A stretch of DNA of 54,334 bases from a virus (lineage: Duplodnaviria > Caudoviricetes). The stretch is from the IMG/VR virus record IMGVR_UViG_3300036855_000036, positions 1-54,334 of that record. One strand, given 5' to 3'. Of this stretch, positions 8,722-17,806 are shown piece by piece. Position numbers and translations under genes: made by a program. The notes under the pieces are model-generated. The model did not search any database. It was not told the origin of the DNA and saw nothing but the letters and a program-made list of their open reading frames with translations. Within the stretch, counting starts at the first letter, position 1, and each line of letters starts with the position of its first letter.

Positions 8722-8937
8722 ATGGCAGCCAGGTACGCACTGGTCTCATTCGTGTTCCACAACACGGTGACGGGCTCCGACGAGCACGTCGAGCAGGGCG
8801 CGCAGCGGGACAGCATCACCTCCCAGGCGTTCCTGGAGTCGCCGGCGTCGTACTGGTCGGCGGCGCCGCTGTCCGCGGCGTCCGGGCAGATCCACGGCCG
8901 CCTCGCCCAGTACCTCGCGGCGTACCCGAACACGTAG
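8722..8937 (+). CDS. Hypothetical protein
   Basis: In structural operon, high GC3. Confidence 0.6.
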   Translation: MAARYALVSFVFHNTVTGSDEHVEQGAQRDSITSQAFLESPASYWSAAPLSAASGQIHGRLAQYLAAYPNT

Positions 8938-8945
8938 GAGGACTA

Positions 8946-9200
8946 ATGGCGCAGCGGTGGATGAAGGCGGCGGACACGTTCGTCGCGATGCTGGATGACG
9001 GGACGCAGGCGTTCGTGACGAAGGGCGACACGCTGCCGGACTCCCATGAGCTGGTGAAGCGGGACCAGCAGGGCTCCGGGGCGCTGTTCCGGCCGCTGGA
9101 CGCCGGCGAGGAGGAGGCGCCTCCCAAAAGCGGTCCTGCGAAGGCTGAGGCGCAGGCGCCGGTGAAGGCTGCGCCGAGGACCTCAGGGAAGGCGAGCTGA
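8946..9200 (+). CDS. Small post-capsid protein
   Basis: AGGAGG SD; typical small gene after capsid. Confidence 0.7.
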   Translation: MAQRWMKAADTFVAMLDDGTQAFVTKGDTLPDSHELVKRDQQGSGALFRPLDAGEEEAPPKSGPAKAEAQAPVKAAPRTSGKAS

Positions 9201-9451
9201 TGGCCGACGTGTCTCCTATCCAGTTCACGGCGGACGACGACCCGGGCGGCCGTGACATCGTGGCCGGCGACCCGGCGGCGGCGGTTGCGGCCGCGGAGGC
9301 GCGGCTGGCTGAGATGCAGGCGGACACGTACGGGCAGGGCTCCACGATCGGGGACGTGCTGGACCTGCCGCACTCGCCTTTTAACCCGGCGGTGGGCACG
9401 CTGGACAACCCGCCGTTCGAAGGCCCGTACTTCCCTGAGACCAACCCGTAG
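9200..9451 (+). CDS. Small acidic hypothetical protein
   Basis: TGATG coupling. Confidence 0.65.
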   Translation: MADVSPIQFTADDDPGGRDIVAGDPAAAVAAAEARLAEMQADTYGQGSTIGDVLDLPHSPFNPAVGTLDNPPFEGPYFPETNP

Positions 9452-9460
9452 GAGGTCACC

Positions 9461-9721
9461 GTGGCTGACATTCACGGCATCCCGGACCCGTCGATGATGG
9501 TGCCGGAGCAGTCGCTGCCGCCCGCGCCGCTGGAGGACCTGGCGGCGGCCGCCGAGGCTGCCCAGCGGCTCGGGGACGCGCGGGCGGCGGAGGGCCGGGC
9601 GATCCTGGAGTCGCCGGAGGGTGCGGGCGCCCCGGACTTGCTGTCGGGATGGACAGGCGGATGGAGCGCGGGCGTCGTGCCGCCCGCCGAGCCCGGCAAC
9701 GGCGGCTACGGCGGCGCATGA
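9461..9721 (+). CDS. Small acidic hypothetical protein
   Basis: AGGAGG SD; ATGA overlap. Confidence 0.65.
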   Translation: MADIHGIPDPSMMVPEQSLPPAPLEDLAAAAEAAQRLGDARAAEGRAILESPEGAGAPDLLSGWTGGWSAGVVPPAEPGNGGYGGA

Positions 9722-10365
9722 CCGACCGGGCGGTCATCGGCTACGTGCACGGCGGCGCGGTCCGCGCTGAGTTCTGCGCGTCGCTGCTGGCGGTGTGCAT
9801 GGAGGGGAAGACGCCGGTCACGCAGGTGCTTGCGGTCGGCTCGGGCCCGAACATCTCCCACGCCCGGAACGTCGTGTGCCGCCAGTTCCTCGAGCAGGAC
9901 GCCGCGGACTGGCTGTTCATGTGCGACACCGACATGTGGTTCCCCGCGGACACGGTCACCCGGCTGATCGCCGCTGCCGACCCCGTAGAACGCCCCGTGC
10001 TCGGCGCGCTGTGCTTCAGCCAGAACACCGATAACGGCGGCGGCGAGCCGTACCCGACCATGTACGAGCTGACCGAGCGGGACGGGGACCTGGCGTTCAT
10101 CCGGTACAAGCACTGGCCGGAGGACGCGGTGATGCAGGTGTCCGGGACGGGCGCGGCGGCGCTGCTGATTCACCGCCGGGCGCTTGAGGCCGTGGAGAAG
10201 CGGGCTGGTGACGTGGCGGCGCCGTGGTTCCGCGAGTCGCAGACGAAGACGGCGCTGATGGGCGAGGACCTGACGTTCTGCCTGCGCTGCGCGGCGGCGG
10301 GAATCCCGGTGCACGTCCACACGGGCGTGCGGGTGGGCCACATGAAGACGACGATGCTGATCTGA
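9718..10365 (+). CDS. Glycosyltransferase (GT-A / GT2-like)
   Basis: ISHARN, WLFMCDTDM (DxD), GTGAAALLIHR, GEDLTFC, VGHMK. Confidence 0.85.
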   Translation: MTDRAVIGYVHGGAVRAEFCASLLAVCMEGKTPVTQVLAVGSGPNISHARNVVCRQFLEQDAADWLFMCDTDMWFPADTVTRLIAAADPVERPVLGALCFSQNTDNGGGEPYPTMYELTERDGDLAFIRYKHWPEDAVMQVSGTGAAALLIHRRALEAVEKRAGDVAAPWFRESQTKTALMGEDLTFCLRCAAAGIPVHVHTGVRVGHMKTTMLI

Positions 10366-10376
10366 GAGGCGGCCCG

Positions 10377-10538
10377 GTGCAGGACGTGAAGAAGGCATCG
10401 ATGGTGGTCCAGCTCGACCTGGACGACGACGGGACTCCGCTGTGCCACGGCGAGCGCCTGGTCGAGATAAAGCCGGGCACCTGGGCGCATCCGCTGGTCG
10501 TCGCGGTGACCGACTTCCTTGAGGGCAAAGGCGCCTGA
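10377..10538 (+). CDS. Hypothetical protein
   Basis: GAGG SD, fills gap, TGATG coupling. Confidence 0.5.
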   Translation: MQDVKKASMVVQLDLDDDGTPLCHGERLVEIKPGTWAHPLVVAVTDFLEGKGA

Positions 10539-11095
10539 TGCACCCTTCGGCGATGGCTTTCGCCTGCTCGGCGCTGACCGAGGCGGACGTGCGAGGCAGG
10601 ATCGTGATCGAGGCGGGGGCGCTCAACGTGAACGGCTCGGTCCGCGGTCACGTGGAGTCGCTCGGCCCGGCGTCGTACACCGCGACGGACATGCGGACGG
10701 GTCCCGGCGTGGACCTGGTGTGCGACGCGGCGGACCTGCTGGGGCTGCTCGGCCGCGGCGGCGTGGTCATCAGCACTGAGATGCTGGAGCACGCGGCGGA
10801 CTGGCAGGCCGCGGTTCGCGGCCTGGTCGACGCGGTCGCCGACGGCGGGGTGCTGGTGCTGACGACCAGGTCGGCCGGCTTCCCGGTCCACGGCTACCCG
10901 GAGGATCACTGGCGCTTCAGCGTTGAGGCGATGGGCGAGATCCTGAAGGCGGCCGGGCTGGTCGCCGAGCGCCTGGAGCCGGACCCGGACCCGCAGTCGC
11001 CGGGGGTGTTCGCGAGGGCCCGCAAGCCGGCGGGCTGGTCGTGGCCGGAGGGCACCCGGCAGGCGTGGGACGACGTTGAGGTCACCCGGCCGTAG
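10538..11095 (+). CDS. Class I SAM-dependent methyltransferase
   Basis: VIEAGA, GPGVDLVCDA, STEMLEH, GGVLVLT, HGYPEDHWRF. Confidence 0.85.
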   Translation: MHPSAMAFACSALTEADVRGRIVIEAGALNVNGSVRGHVESLGPASYTATDMRTGPGVDLVCDAADLLGLLGRGGVVISTEMLEHAADWQAAVRGLVDAVADGGVLVLTTRSAGFPVHGYPEDHWRFSVEAMGEILKAAGLVAERLEPDPDPQSPGVFARARKPAGWSWPEGTRQAWDDVEVTRP

Positions 11096-11121
11096 GGCCG
11101 CAAGCACGAGGGAAGGCGCTA

Positions 11122-11421
11122 GTGGCGATCACGAAGACGTACCTCAGGCAGAACGAGGACGGCACCCCGCACTTCCATTACGAGAGCGACGGTCACGTGG
11201 TGATCACGGGCCCGGCGTACGGCCCGGTGACGACGTCGGACGGCACCGTCTACGACGTCTCCGACCAGGTGATCGAGGTCGCGGGCCCGGTGCACGCGGG
11301 CGAGGTCGTGCACCTGATCGGTGTCATGCACGAGGAACGCGGCCACCCGGATCACGCGCCGGACAGCCCGTTCGTGCACACGTGCGAGGACTCGTGCGGC
11401 GCGCTGAAGCGGGAGGGCTGA
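11122..11421 (+). CDS. His-rich hypothetical protein
   Basis: SD, operon context. Confidence 0.65.
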   Translation: MAITKTYLRQNEDGTPHFHYESDGHVVITGPAYGPVTTSDGTVYDVSDQVIEVAGPVHAGEVVHLIGVMHEERGHPDHAPDSPFVHTCEDSCGALKREG

Positions 11422-11422
11422 G

Positions 11423-11797
11423 ATGACCGACCTCGGGGCCACGGCCAAGCTGCAGGTGCTGAACGCGCTGGACGCCACCGGCTCGCCCGTCAACCAGATC
11501 GCGTTCGTGGCGCTGCACGTCGGTGACCCGTCCACGACCGGGGCGAACGAGAACGCGAACGCCGGGTCGTACGCCCGGCAGGCGTGCACGTGGAACGCGG
11601 CGAGCGGCAGCACGAAGACGAACTCGACGGCGCTCACGTTCGCCACGCTGGGCACGATCGCGGTTACCTGGCTGGCCGGGTGGACGGTCGCGACCTACGC
11701 GGGCGGCAGCATGGGCATCGGCGCGCAGCTCGGCGCGTCGGTCACCGCAGCGGCCATCACCGTGGCGGGCGGCGCGATCTCCTTGGCGGCCTCATAG
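11423..11797 (+). CDS. Small virion structural (fibre-associated) protein
   Basis: LHVGDP..GANE...YARQA..W.AAS motif common in actinophage structural genes. Confidence 0.65.
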   Translation: MTDLGATAKLQVLNALDATGSPVNQIAFVALHVGDPSTTGANENANAGSYARQACTWNAASGSTKTNSTALTFATLGTIAVTWLAGWTVATYAGGSMGIGAQLGASVTAAAITVAGGAISLAAS

Positions 11798-11865
11798 GTT
11801 ATGCGGATCGCACAACGTCACCGCCGCTTTGCTCTGATGACGGCAAACTGACCAGGGAGAACTGA

Positions 11866-12183
11866 ATGAGCGTCGGCTTCCCGTCCACTAAGGGCGACTT
11901 CGACTCGCGGGCCGGGCAGCTGGCCACGGCCCTGAGGCAGGACCTGTTCCAGTGCTCCCAGTTCAGCGCGCTGCTGCAGGGCGCGCCGTGGAACACGGAC
12001 TCGAACCTGGTGGCGCTCGGCTACACGCAGGCGGAGGTGACGCTGCTGAAGGCGGCGTTCACCGACCTGGGCGGCACCGGGAGCTCGCTGTACCGGATCG
12101 CGAACGGACAGGCGTTCGTCGGCGCGGCCAATAACTTCCTGTTCAACTCCAATCAGCTGACTGGCGTGGTGGGCACCGGCTGA
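11866..12183 (+). CDS. Hypothetical (probably structural) protein
   Basis: GGGAG SD, high GC3. Confidence 0.65.
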   Translation: MSVGFPSTKGDFDSRAGQLATALRQDLFQCSQFSALLQGAPWNTDSNLVALGYTQAEVTLLKAAFTDLGGTGSSLYRIANGQAFVGAANNFLFNSNQLTGVVGTG

Positions 12184-12218
12184 CCTGGCTTTTCTCCCTC
12201 TGAGCTAGGCGGTGAGCG

Positions 12219-13688
12219 GTGCCAACGGCGCTAACCGTCACCGCCACGCAGGGCGGCGGCACTTCTGCGGGCATGCTGCTGCGGGTCAAGGTCCTGACCG
12301 GCGCGGCGCTCGCGCAGACCGAGGCAACAGTCGCGTCCTCGACCGCGCTGAACGGCACGATCACCACCACCGTGACGGGCAGCATCGTCTACGGCGCGCT
12401 CAGCGGCGACGCTGCTGCCGGCGCTTTCTCCGCTGAGCCGCTGTGCACCCTCACCGACAACTTTCACGACACGAGTAACGGCGAGTATTACGGCTCGTTC
12501 CGCACGACGTCCGCGACGGGCACGCCGGGTTCCACGCTGGTCGGCTCCACGACGGCGAACGCGAACCGGAACCTGGCCGCCGCCGAGATCCTGCCGAACG
12601 GGACGATTGCCGAGGACGCCAGTGCCCCGGCGGTAGCCACGACGATGACCGCGACCGCGGTAACCACGGCCAGCTTCACCCCGCCGGCGGGGTCGCTGCT
12701 AGTCGCCATAGTCCCCTCGGACGGCGCCGCCGGCGGGACGCTCACCACGATGACGGTCTCCGGCGGCGGCCTGACCTGGACTGAGCTGGTTCACGCCGCG
12801 TCGGCCAGCACCTGCTACGCGGGCGTGTGGGTCGCGCAGGTCCCGGCCGGCGGCGCGGCTACGGCATCCGGGGCGCTGAGTATCAGCGGGTCCGCCGCGG
12901 GGCAGGCCCCGGCGACGGCCGCGGCTGCGGTCACGCTGGCGGGGACGGCGGCAGGGAAGGCACCTGTCACTGCCGGCGGGGCAGTGTCTGTCTCCGGTTC
13001 TGCTGCCGCTGCGGCCCCGGTTTCCCCCGCGGGCACTGTCACCTTCGCGGGCGCGGCCTCGGCGACGGGCCCGGGTGTCACGGCAGCCGGCGCGCTGGCC
13101 GTCACCGGGACGGCCTCCGGCGCGGCTCCCGCGCCCGCCGCGGGCAGCGTCACCGTGGCCGGCACCGCTGCTGCCGCCGCGCCTGCGCCGGCGACCGGGT
13201 CCCTGGCGCTTACGGGGACCGCCTCGGCGACGGCACCGTCTGCGGCCACGGCAGCCGTGGTCCTGTCGGGGTCCGCCACCGCGAGGGCAACCGCAGCCGC
13301 GGCCGCGGCGCTGGCCCTGTCCGGGGCCGCGACGGCGTCAGCGCAGGCCGCAGCAGCGGGCACCGCCGTCTTCAGCGGCACGGCGGCAGCGAGCGGCCCC
13401 GGCGTCACCGCGTCCGCCGCGATGGCGCTGGCGGGAACAGCCGCCGCTAAGGCGCCCGCCGCCGCAATCGGCGCGCTCTCCGTGGCCGGCACTGCCGCGC
13501 CGAGGGCGGCGGCCGGGGCGGCGGGCACGGTCACCATCACCGGGACGGCGCTGTTCCTGCCGCCGTTCACGGTCGGCACGCTGACAGCCTCAGACCGCCC
13601 CGCCGGCGTCCTGGCGTCAGCCGCCGCCATCGCCCCGCAGGGCACCCTCACAGCAAGCGACACGCGGACAGGAGGCCCCGGTGGCTAG
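12219..13688 (+). CDS. Ala/Thr/Gly-rich fibre protein with ~13 x 18-aa repeats
   Basis: Beta-rich N-domain followed by repeats such as APATAAAAVTLAGTAAG. Confidence 0.75.
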   Translation: MPTALTVTATQGGGTSAGMLLRVKVLTGAALAQTEATVASSTALNGTITTTVTGSIVYGALSGDAAAGAFSAEPLCTLTDNFHDTSNGEYYGSFRTTSATGTPGSTLVGSTTANANRNLAAAEILPNGTIAEDASAPAVATTMTATAVTTASFTPPAGSLLVAIVPSDGAAGGTLTTMTVSGGGLTWTELVHAASASTCYAGVWVAQVPAGGAATASGALSISGSAAGQAPATAAAAVTLAGTAAGKAPVTAGGAVSVSGSAAAAAPVSPAGTVTFAGAASATGPGVTAAGALAVTGTASGAAPAPAAGSVTVAGTAAAAAPAPATGSLALTGTASATAPSAATAAVVLSGSATARATAAAAAALALSGAATASAQAAAAGTAVFSGTAAASGPGVTASAAMALAGTAAAKAPAAAIGALSVAGTAAPRAAAGAAGTVTITGTALFLPPFTVGTLTASDRPAGVLASAAAIAPQGTLTASDTRTGGPGG

Positions 13689-14565
13689 ATACCCGCTAGG
13701 CCAGCCTGTGCGCGTCTCCACCACCGTCCGGGACGTCACCGGCGCGCTGGTCAACCCGACCACCCTGACGCTGCTGGTGAAGCTCGCGCAGGCTGACGGC
13801 ACCTGGCTGACGACCGGCACCTACAGCTCGCCCGCGAACGACAGCGTCGGCGCCCTCCACCAGGACATCCCGGTCACTGACCTCACCGCGACGGGCCACT
13901 ACCAGTACACCTGGACCGCGACCGGCACCGGTGCGGGCGTCAGCTTCGGCGAGTTCGACGTGTTCGACCCGTTCGAGGTCAGCGTCCTGCCGCTGTCCGA
14001 CGCGAAGGACGCCCTGAACATCCCGCAGGCGACGACCACCAGCGACAGCGAGATCCAGGGGTACGTCGCGACGATCACCTCGTGCCTGGAGCGGATGACG
14101 GGCGGCCCGCTGGTCAACCGGATGGTCACCGAGCGATCGGAGATGCAGTCCTACCAGACGGTCATCCCGGTGCGGCAGCGGCCCCTGGTGTCCGTCACCT
14201 CGATCACGGGCGCGTCCGGCGGGGCGATCGACATCTCGGCCGGCCTAGACCTCGACACCAACGCGGGCCTGATCCGCCGCCAGCTGGGCTTGCCGTTCTA
14301 CGGCCCGTTCTTCCAGTGGCTGCCGCAGGTCACCGTCGTCTACGTGGCGGGCTGGGGCACGAGCGTCCCGGCGGCGTTCAACACCGCCGCGCGGATCATC
14401 CTGCAGAATCTCTGGAGCACTCAGCGGGGGCCGCTGGCGATGCCGATGGCGGGAGAGGCGCTGGTGACGGTCCCCGGCTTCGGCTTCGCGATCCCCAACC
14501 AGGCCGCCGAGCTGCTCAACGGCTCCCAGCACGGGATCCCGTTCATGAGCGAGGCGTACGTCTAG
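13681..14565 (+). CDS. Head-tail adaptor (gp6-like) with N-terminal Ig-like domain
   Basis: LSDAKDALNI, PLVSVTSI, YVAGWG, AARIILQNLW. Confidence 0.8.
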   Translation: MARYPLGQPVRVSTTVRDVTGALVNPTTLTLLVKLAQADGTWLTTGTYSSPANDSVGALHQDIPVTDLTATGHYQYTWTATGTGAGVSFGEFDVFDPFEVSVLPLSDAKDALNIPQATTTSDSEIQGYVATITSCLERMTGGPLVNRMVTERSEMQSYQTVIPVRQRPLVSVTSITGASGGAIDISAGLDLDTNAGLIRRQLGLPFYGPFFQWLPQVTVVYVAGWGTSVPAAFNTAARIILQNLWSTQRGPLAMPMAGEALVTVPGFGFAIPNQAAELLNGSQHGIPFMSEAYV

Positions 14566-14840
14566 TGCGCGCGGCTCACTTTGGGCCACCCGGTCCCGGA
14601 CTTGCGCACCGTCCGCTGGATGCCGTCATCGCCGGTGACCTTGATGCTCTTGTACCAGTGGAATCCGAGACAGGTCACGGCAAGGTCGTCATCGCCCTCA
14701 AGGGGGCACATTGAGCACGCCGACTCCCCGCAAACGGTGCACTGTATCCCCGGATTGTGCGGGTCAGGGAAGTCCCAGACCTGCTCAAGCTGGTGACTCG
14801 GGTGGATAGCGGCGCCGGTGACAGGAGTGCTCACGCTCAT
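14562..14840 (-). CDS. Antisense moron, Cys-rich hypothetical protein
   Basis: Lower GC, opposite strand, stop overlaps adaptor stop (CTAG). Confidence 0.55.
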   Translation of the reverse strand: MSVSTPVTGAAIHPSHQLEQVWDFPDPHNPGIQCTVCGESACSMCPLEGDDDLAVTCLGFHWYKSIKVTGDDGIQRTVRKSGTGWPKVSRAH

Positions 14841-14857
14841 AGCCGCAACGATAGGAA

Positions 14858-15349
14858 GTGCCGCGTGTGAGCGCTACCCGGTTCGGTGACGCGGTGACCG
14901 CCCTGATCGCCGCCTACACGGCAGCGCAGGCCATGTCGGGGATTCCCGTCTACGACGGGATCCAGCCGCAGGCCGCGTCTGACCCGGCGTGCGTCATCGT
15001 CGGCCATGACGGCACCCTCGAGGCGGACGGCACCCTGGCCCCCGACGTGGTCGCCGGGAACTTCGCCCAGCAGTGGATCGAGATGGGCACCCGGCAGGAG
15101 ACCGGGCTCGTCAGCTGCGTGCTGATCTGCCAGTCCGGTGACGCCGCCGCGCTCGGCGCCCTGCGCGCCCAGGCATCGGCGCTGCTGGCGGCGCTGGAGG
15201 ACGCGGCCGACGCTAACGGCGGGAAAGCGGGCGGCCTAACGGACATGACGTTCGACGCCACCGCTAACGGCCGGTGGATCTACCGGCAGGCTTCTGGCGG
15301 GGCGGCCGTCATGGTCGCCTACCGCGTCTCCTACTCCACGGAATGGTGA
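14858..15349 (+). CDS. Tail terminator / completion protein
   Basis: IPVYDG motif, size, position before tail tube. Confidence 0.65.
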   Translation: MPRVSATRFGDAVTALIAAYTAAQAMSGIPVYDGIQPQAASDPACVIVGHDGTLEADGTLAPDVVAGNFAQQWIEMGTRQETGLVSCVLICQSGDAAALGALRAQASALLAALEDAADANGGKAGGLTDMTFDATANGRWIYRQASGGAAVMVAYRVSYSTEW

Positions 15350-15353
15350 CCGC

Positions 15354-16397
15354 TTGCGCTGGCTGATCGTTCACCCCGGCCCGCAGTTCAGCGTTCACGA
15401 CATGTTCGTGGGCTGGGCGGAAGCGCTGCGCGCGCTCGGCGAGGACGTGCAGGAGTTCAACCTGGACAAGCGCATCCAGGTGTACGACGCGGCACTGCTG
15501 GAGACGGGCGGCGCCGACGGGGACGGGCACCCGGAGGTCCGCAAGGCGTTCAGCCGCGAGCAGGCGCTAGCCGCGGCGGTGCAGGGGATCACGAGTGCCT
15601 GCTACACCTGGTGGCCGCACGTGGTCCTCGGCGTCAGCGCGTTCTTCATCCCGCCGTGGTACCTCGACGTGATGCGCGACCGCGGCCACAAGGTGGTCCT
15701 GCTGTTCTCGGAGTCGCCTTACCAGGATGACCAGCAGCTCGCCCTGGCCGCGCACGCCGACATCAGCCTGCTCAACGACCCGGTCAACATAAGCGCCTAC
15801 CGGCAGCTCGGCCCGGCCTACTACATGCCGCACGCGTACCGCCCGCAGGTGCACCGTCCCGGGCCGGGCGTCCCTGAGCTCAAGTCGGACTTCGCGTTCG
15901 TCGGGACCGGGTTCAAGAGCCGCGTGGAGTTCTTCGAGCAGATGGACTTCGACGGCCTGGACGTGCTGCTAGCCGGGGCGTGGCCGGACCTGGCGGAGTC
16001 CTCGCCGCTGCGCAAGTACCTGCCCGGCGGTGACGTCGTCCAGTGCACCGGCAACGAGGAGACCGCCGCGATCTACCGCAGCACGCGGGCCGGAATTAAC
16101 TTCTACCGTCGTGAATCTGAAGACGCCCACGCGGGCGAGGGCTGGGCGGCCGGCCCGCGCGAGGTGGAACTGGCGGCGTGCGGCACGTTCTTCCTCCGCG
16201 ACCCGCGCGGCGAGGGCGACGAGCTGTTCCCCATGCTGCCGACCTTCGACGGACCCGGGGACGCGTCAGAGAAGCTCCGCTGGTGGCTGACCCGTGACGG
16301 CCAGCGGGAAAAGGCAGCCACGGGGGCCCGCGCCGCGATCGCGGGCAGGACGTTCGAATCGAACGCGAGGCGGCTACTTCAGCTGCTCGACAAGTAA
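15354..16397 (+). CDS. Glycosyltransferase (GT-B, CgeB-like)
   Basis: ESPYQDD, YYMPHAY, DFAFVGTGF..R, GINFYR, GPREVELAACG. Confidence 0.85.
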   Translation: MRWLIVHPGPQFSVHDMFVGWAEALRALGEDVQEFNLDKRIQVYDAALLETGGADGDGHPEVRKAFSREQALAAAVQGITSACYTWWPHVVLGVSAFFIPPWYLDVMRDRGHKVVLLFSESPYQDDQQLALAAHADISLLNDPVNISAYRQLGPAYYMPHAYRPQVHRPGPGVPELKSDFAFVGTGFKSRVEFFEQMDFDGLDVLLAGAWPDLAESSPLRKYLPGGDVVQCTGNEETAAIYRSTRAGINFYRRESEDAHAGEGWAAGPREVELAACGTFFLRDPRGEGDELFPMLPTFDGPGDASEKLRWWLTRDGQREKAATGARAAIAGRTFESNARRLLQLLDK

Positions 16398-16407
16398 GGG
16401 AGCGAAT

Positions 16408-16827
16408 ATGCCATCTCAGCGGGAGCACGGCCGCAACGGCGTCGTCTACATGGGCATCACACAGACCGCCGGTGTTTCGGCAACGGCTACGCCGGTCGCG
16501 TTCCTCACCGACTGGACCGTGAACAAGGTCACTGACAAGGTCGAGGTCACGGCGTTCGGGGACTCCAACAAGGTGTACGTCGCCGGGCTGCCCGACTCAA
16601 CTGGCGATTTTTCGGGCTGGTACGACTACTTCACCCCGCAGACGTACATCGCGGCGGGGGACGGCATCCCGCGGAACTTCTACCTGTACCCGAACGCACT
16701 CAACCCGACCGACTACTTTTACGGCTCCGTACTCCCCGACTTCTCCGCGGCGGGCGGCGTCGGCGCGGCTGTGTCCCTCAAGTCGACCTGGAACGCGGCG
16801 GGGCCGGTCAACCGCGCCACCTACTGA
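16408..16827 (+). CDS. Major tail tube protein
   Basis: HGRNG, VEVTAFGD..KVYVAGLPD; GGGAG SD. Confidence 0.8.
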   Translation: MPSQREHGRNGVVYMGITQTAGVSATATPVAFLTDWTVNKVTDKVEVTAFGDSNKVYVAGLPDSTGDFSGWYDYFTPQTYIAAGDGIPRNFYLYPNALNPTDYFYGSVLPDFSAAGGVGAAVSLKSTWNAAGPVNRATY

Positions 16828-17330
16828 TGCCGGGCGTCGACGAGCTGGCGTTCACCCTGTCCGCGGTCGCCGGGCGCCTGCGGGAAATCGGCGAGGGCGG
16901 CCTGGTCCGGGAGCTCACGCAGGAGATCAGCGACGCCGTGGCCCCGGTGCCGGACCGGATCCGCGCCGGCCTGGATGCGCACCTGCCGAACAGGTACGCC
17001 GAGGTGCTTGACGCCGGCCTGCGCATCAGCCGGTCGGTGTCCCCGGCGGTGGCGGGGGAAGAGACGCAGGTCAGCGTGATCGCGTCTGCGGGTTCCAGGC
17101 GGTCAGGGCAGCGGAAACTGGCCCAGCTGGACAACGGGATCCTGTGGCACCCGCTGTTCGGCCGGTTCCCGTACCGGGATCCGCGGAACCGCTGGTTCCA
17201 GAATGAGCCGCCGTCCGTGACGCCGGGCTGGTTCAGTGACCCGGTCGAGGAGTCGGTGCCTGAGGTCCGCGAGGCGGTCGAGAGGGCACTGGATAACGTG
17301 GTCGCGAAGGCCGTCGGGAAAGGGCTCTGA
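16827..17330 (+). CDS. Tail completion protein (HK97 gp10-like)
   Basis: WHPLFG, W..N.P.V.PGWF motifs. Confidence 0.6.
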   Translation: MPGVDELAFTLSAVAGRLREIGEGGLVRELTQEISDAVAPVPDRIRAGLDAHLPNRYAEVLDAGLRISRSVSPAVAGEETQVSVIASAGSRRSGQRKLAQLDNGILWHPLFGRFPYRDPRNRWFQNEPPSVTPGWFSDPVEESVPEVREAVERALDNVVAKAVGKGL

Positions 17331-17750
17331 GTGAAGATCATCATCGGCGGGGAAACGTTCGACTACGACCTGGACAGCCGCCCCCTGTCGGAGGCGATCG
17401 CCATTGAGAAGGCGTGGGGCAGGCGCTACGCCGAGTTCCAGCATGAGCTGGCGGCCGGGTCCGCCGAGGCATGGGCGGTGCTGGCGTGGGCGGTCTGGCG
17501 GCGTAACGGCCGTGAGGTTGAGCTGCAGGACATCCTCGACGGCCAGGTCGACTACGACCACACCGAGATGGTCGTTTCCGTCAACGTGGCGGCCGCCGAG
17601 GAGGCGCAGGCAGCTAAGGACGCTGCGGCGGACCCTACGTCCGGGGCCGCGCCCCTTACGGACCCGGATGGCACGGGTACGACGTCAGCCGCTACCTCGG
17701 GGCGTTCGCGTCCGTCTTCGGGATCCGCCCGTGGGAAGTCGGCCGGCTGA
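17331..17750 (+). CDS. Tail assembly chaperone
   Basis: EAIAIEK motif, DPT followed by low-complexity tail; precedes tape measure. Confidence 0.75.
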   Translation: MKIIIGGETFDYDLDSRPLSEAIAIEKAWGRRYAEFQHELAAGSAEAWAVLAWAVWRRNGREVELQDILDGQVDYDHTEMVVSVNVAAAEEAQAAKDAAADPTSGAAPLTDPDGTGTTSAATSGRSRPSSGSARGKSAG

Positions 17751-17806
17751 CGACGGACGAGTTCGACGCGCTGATCAGCTACCTGGAGTCGCGGAGCGGG
17801 GACTAG
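17618..17806 (+). CDS. -1 frameshift extension of tail assembly chaperone (gpGT-like)
   Basis: -1 frame reads YLGAFASVFGIRPWEVGRLTTDEFDALISYLE with high GC3 and has no own start. Confidence 0.7.
   Translation, partial: GRCGGPYVRGRAPYGPGWHGYDVSRYLGAFASVFGIRPWEVGRLTTDEFDALISYLESRSGD

Noticed and set aside
9200-11095. RiPP cluster (peptides plus GT and MTase)
   Set aside because: No leader/core pattern, protease or transporter; structural-operon context explains it better
11834-11850. Hammerhead ribozyme core CTGATGA
   Set aside because: No GAAA after a stem II and no flanking stems
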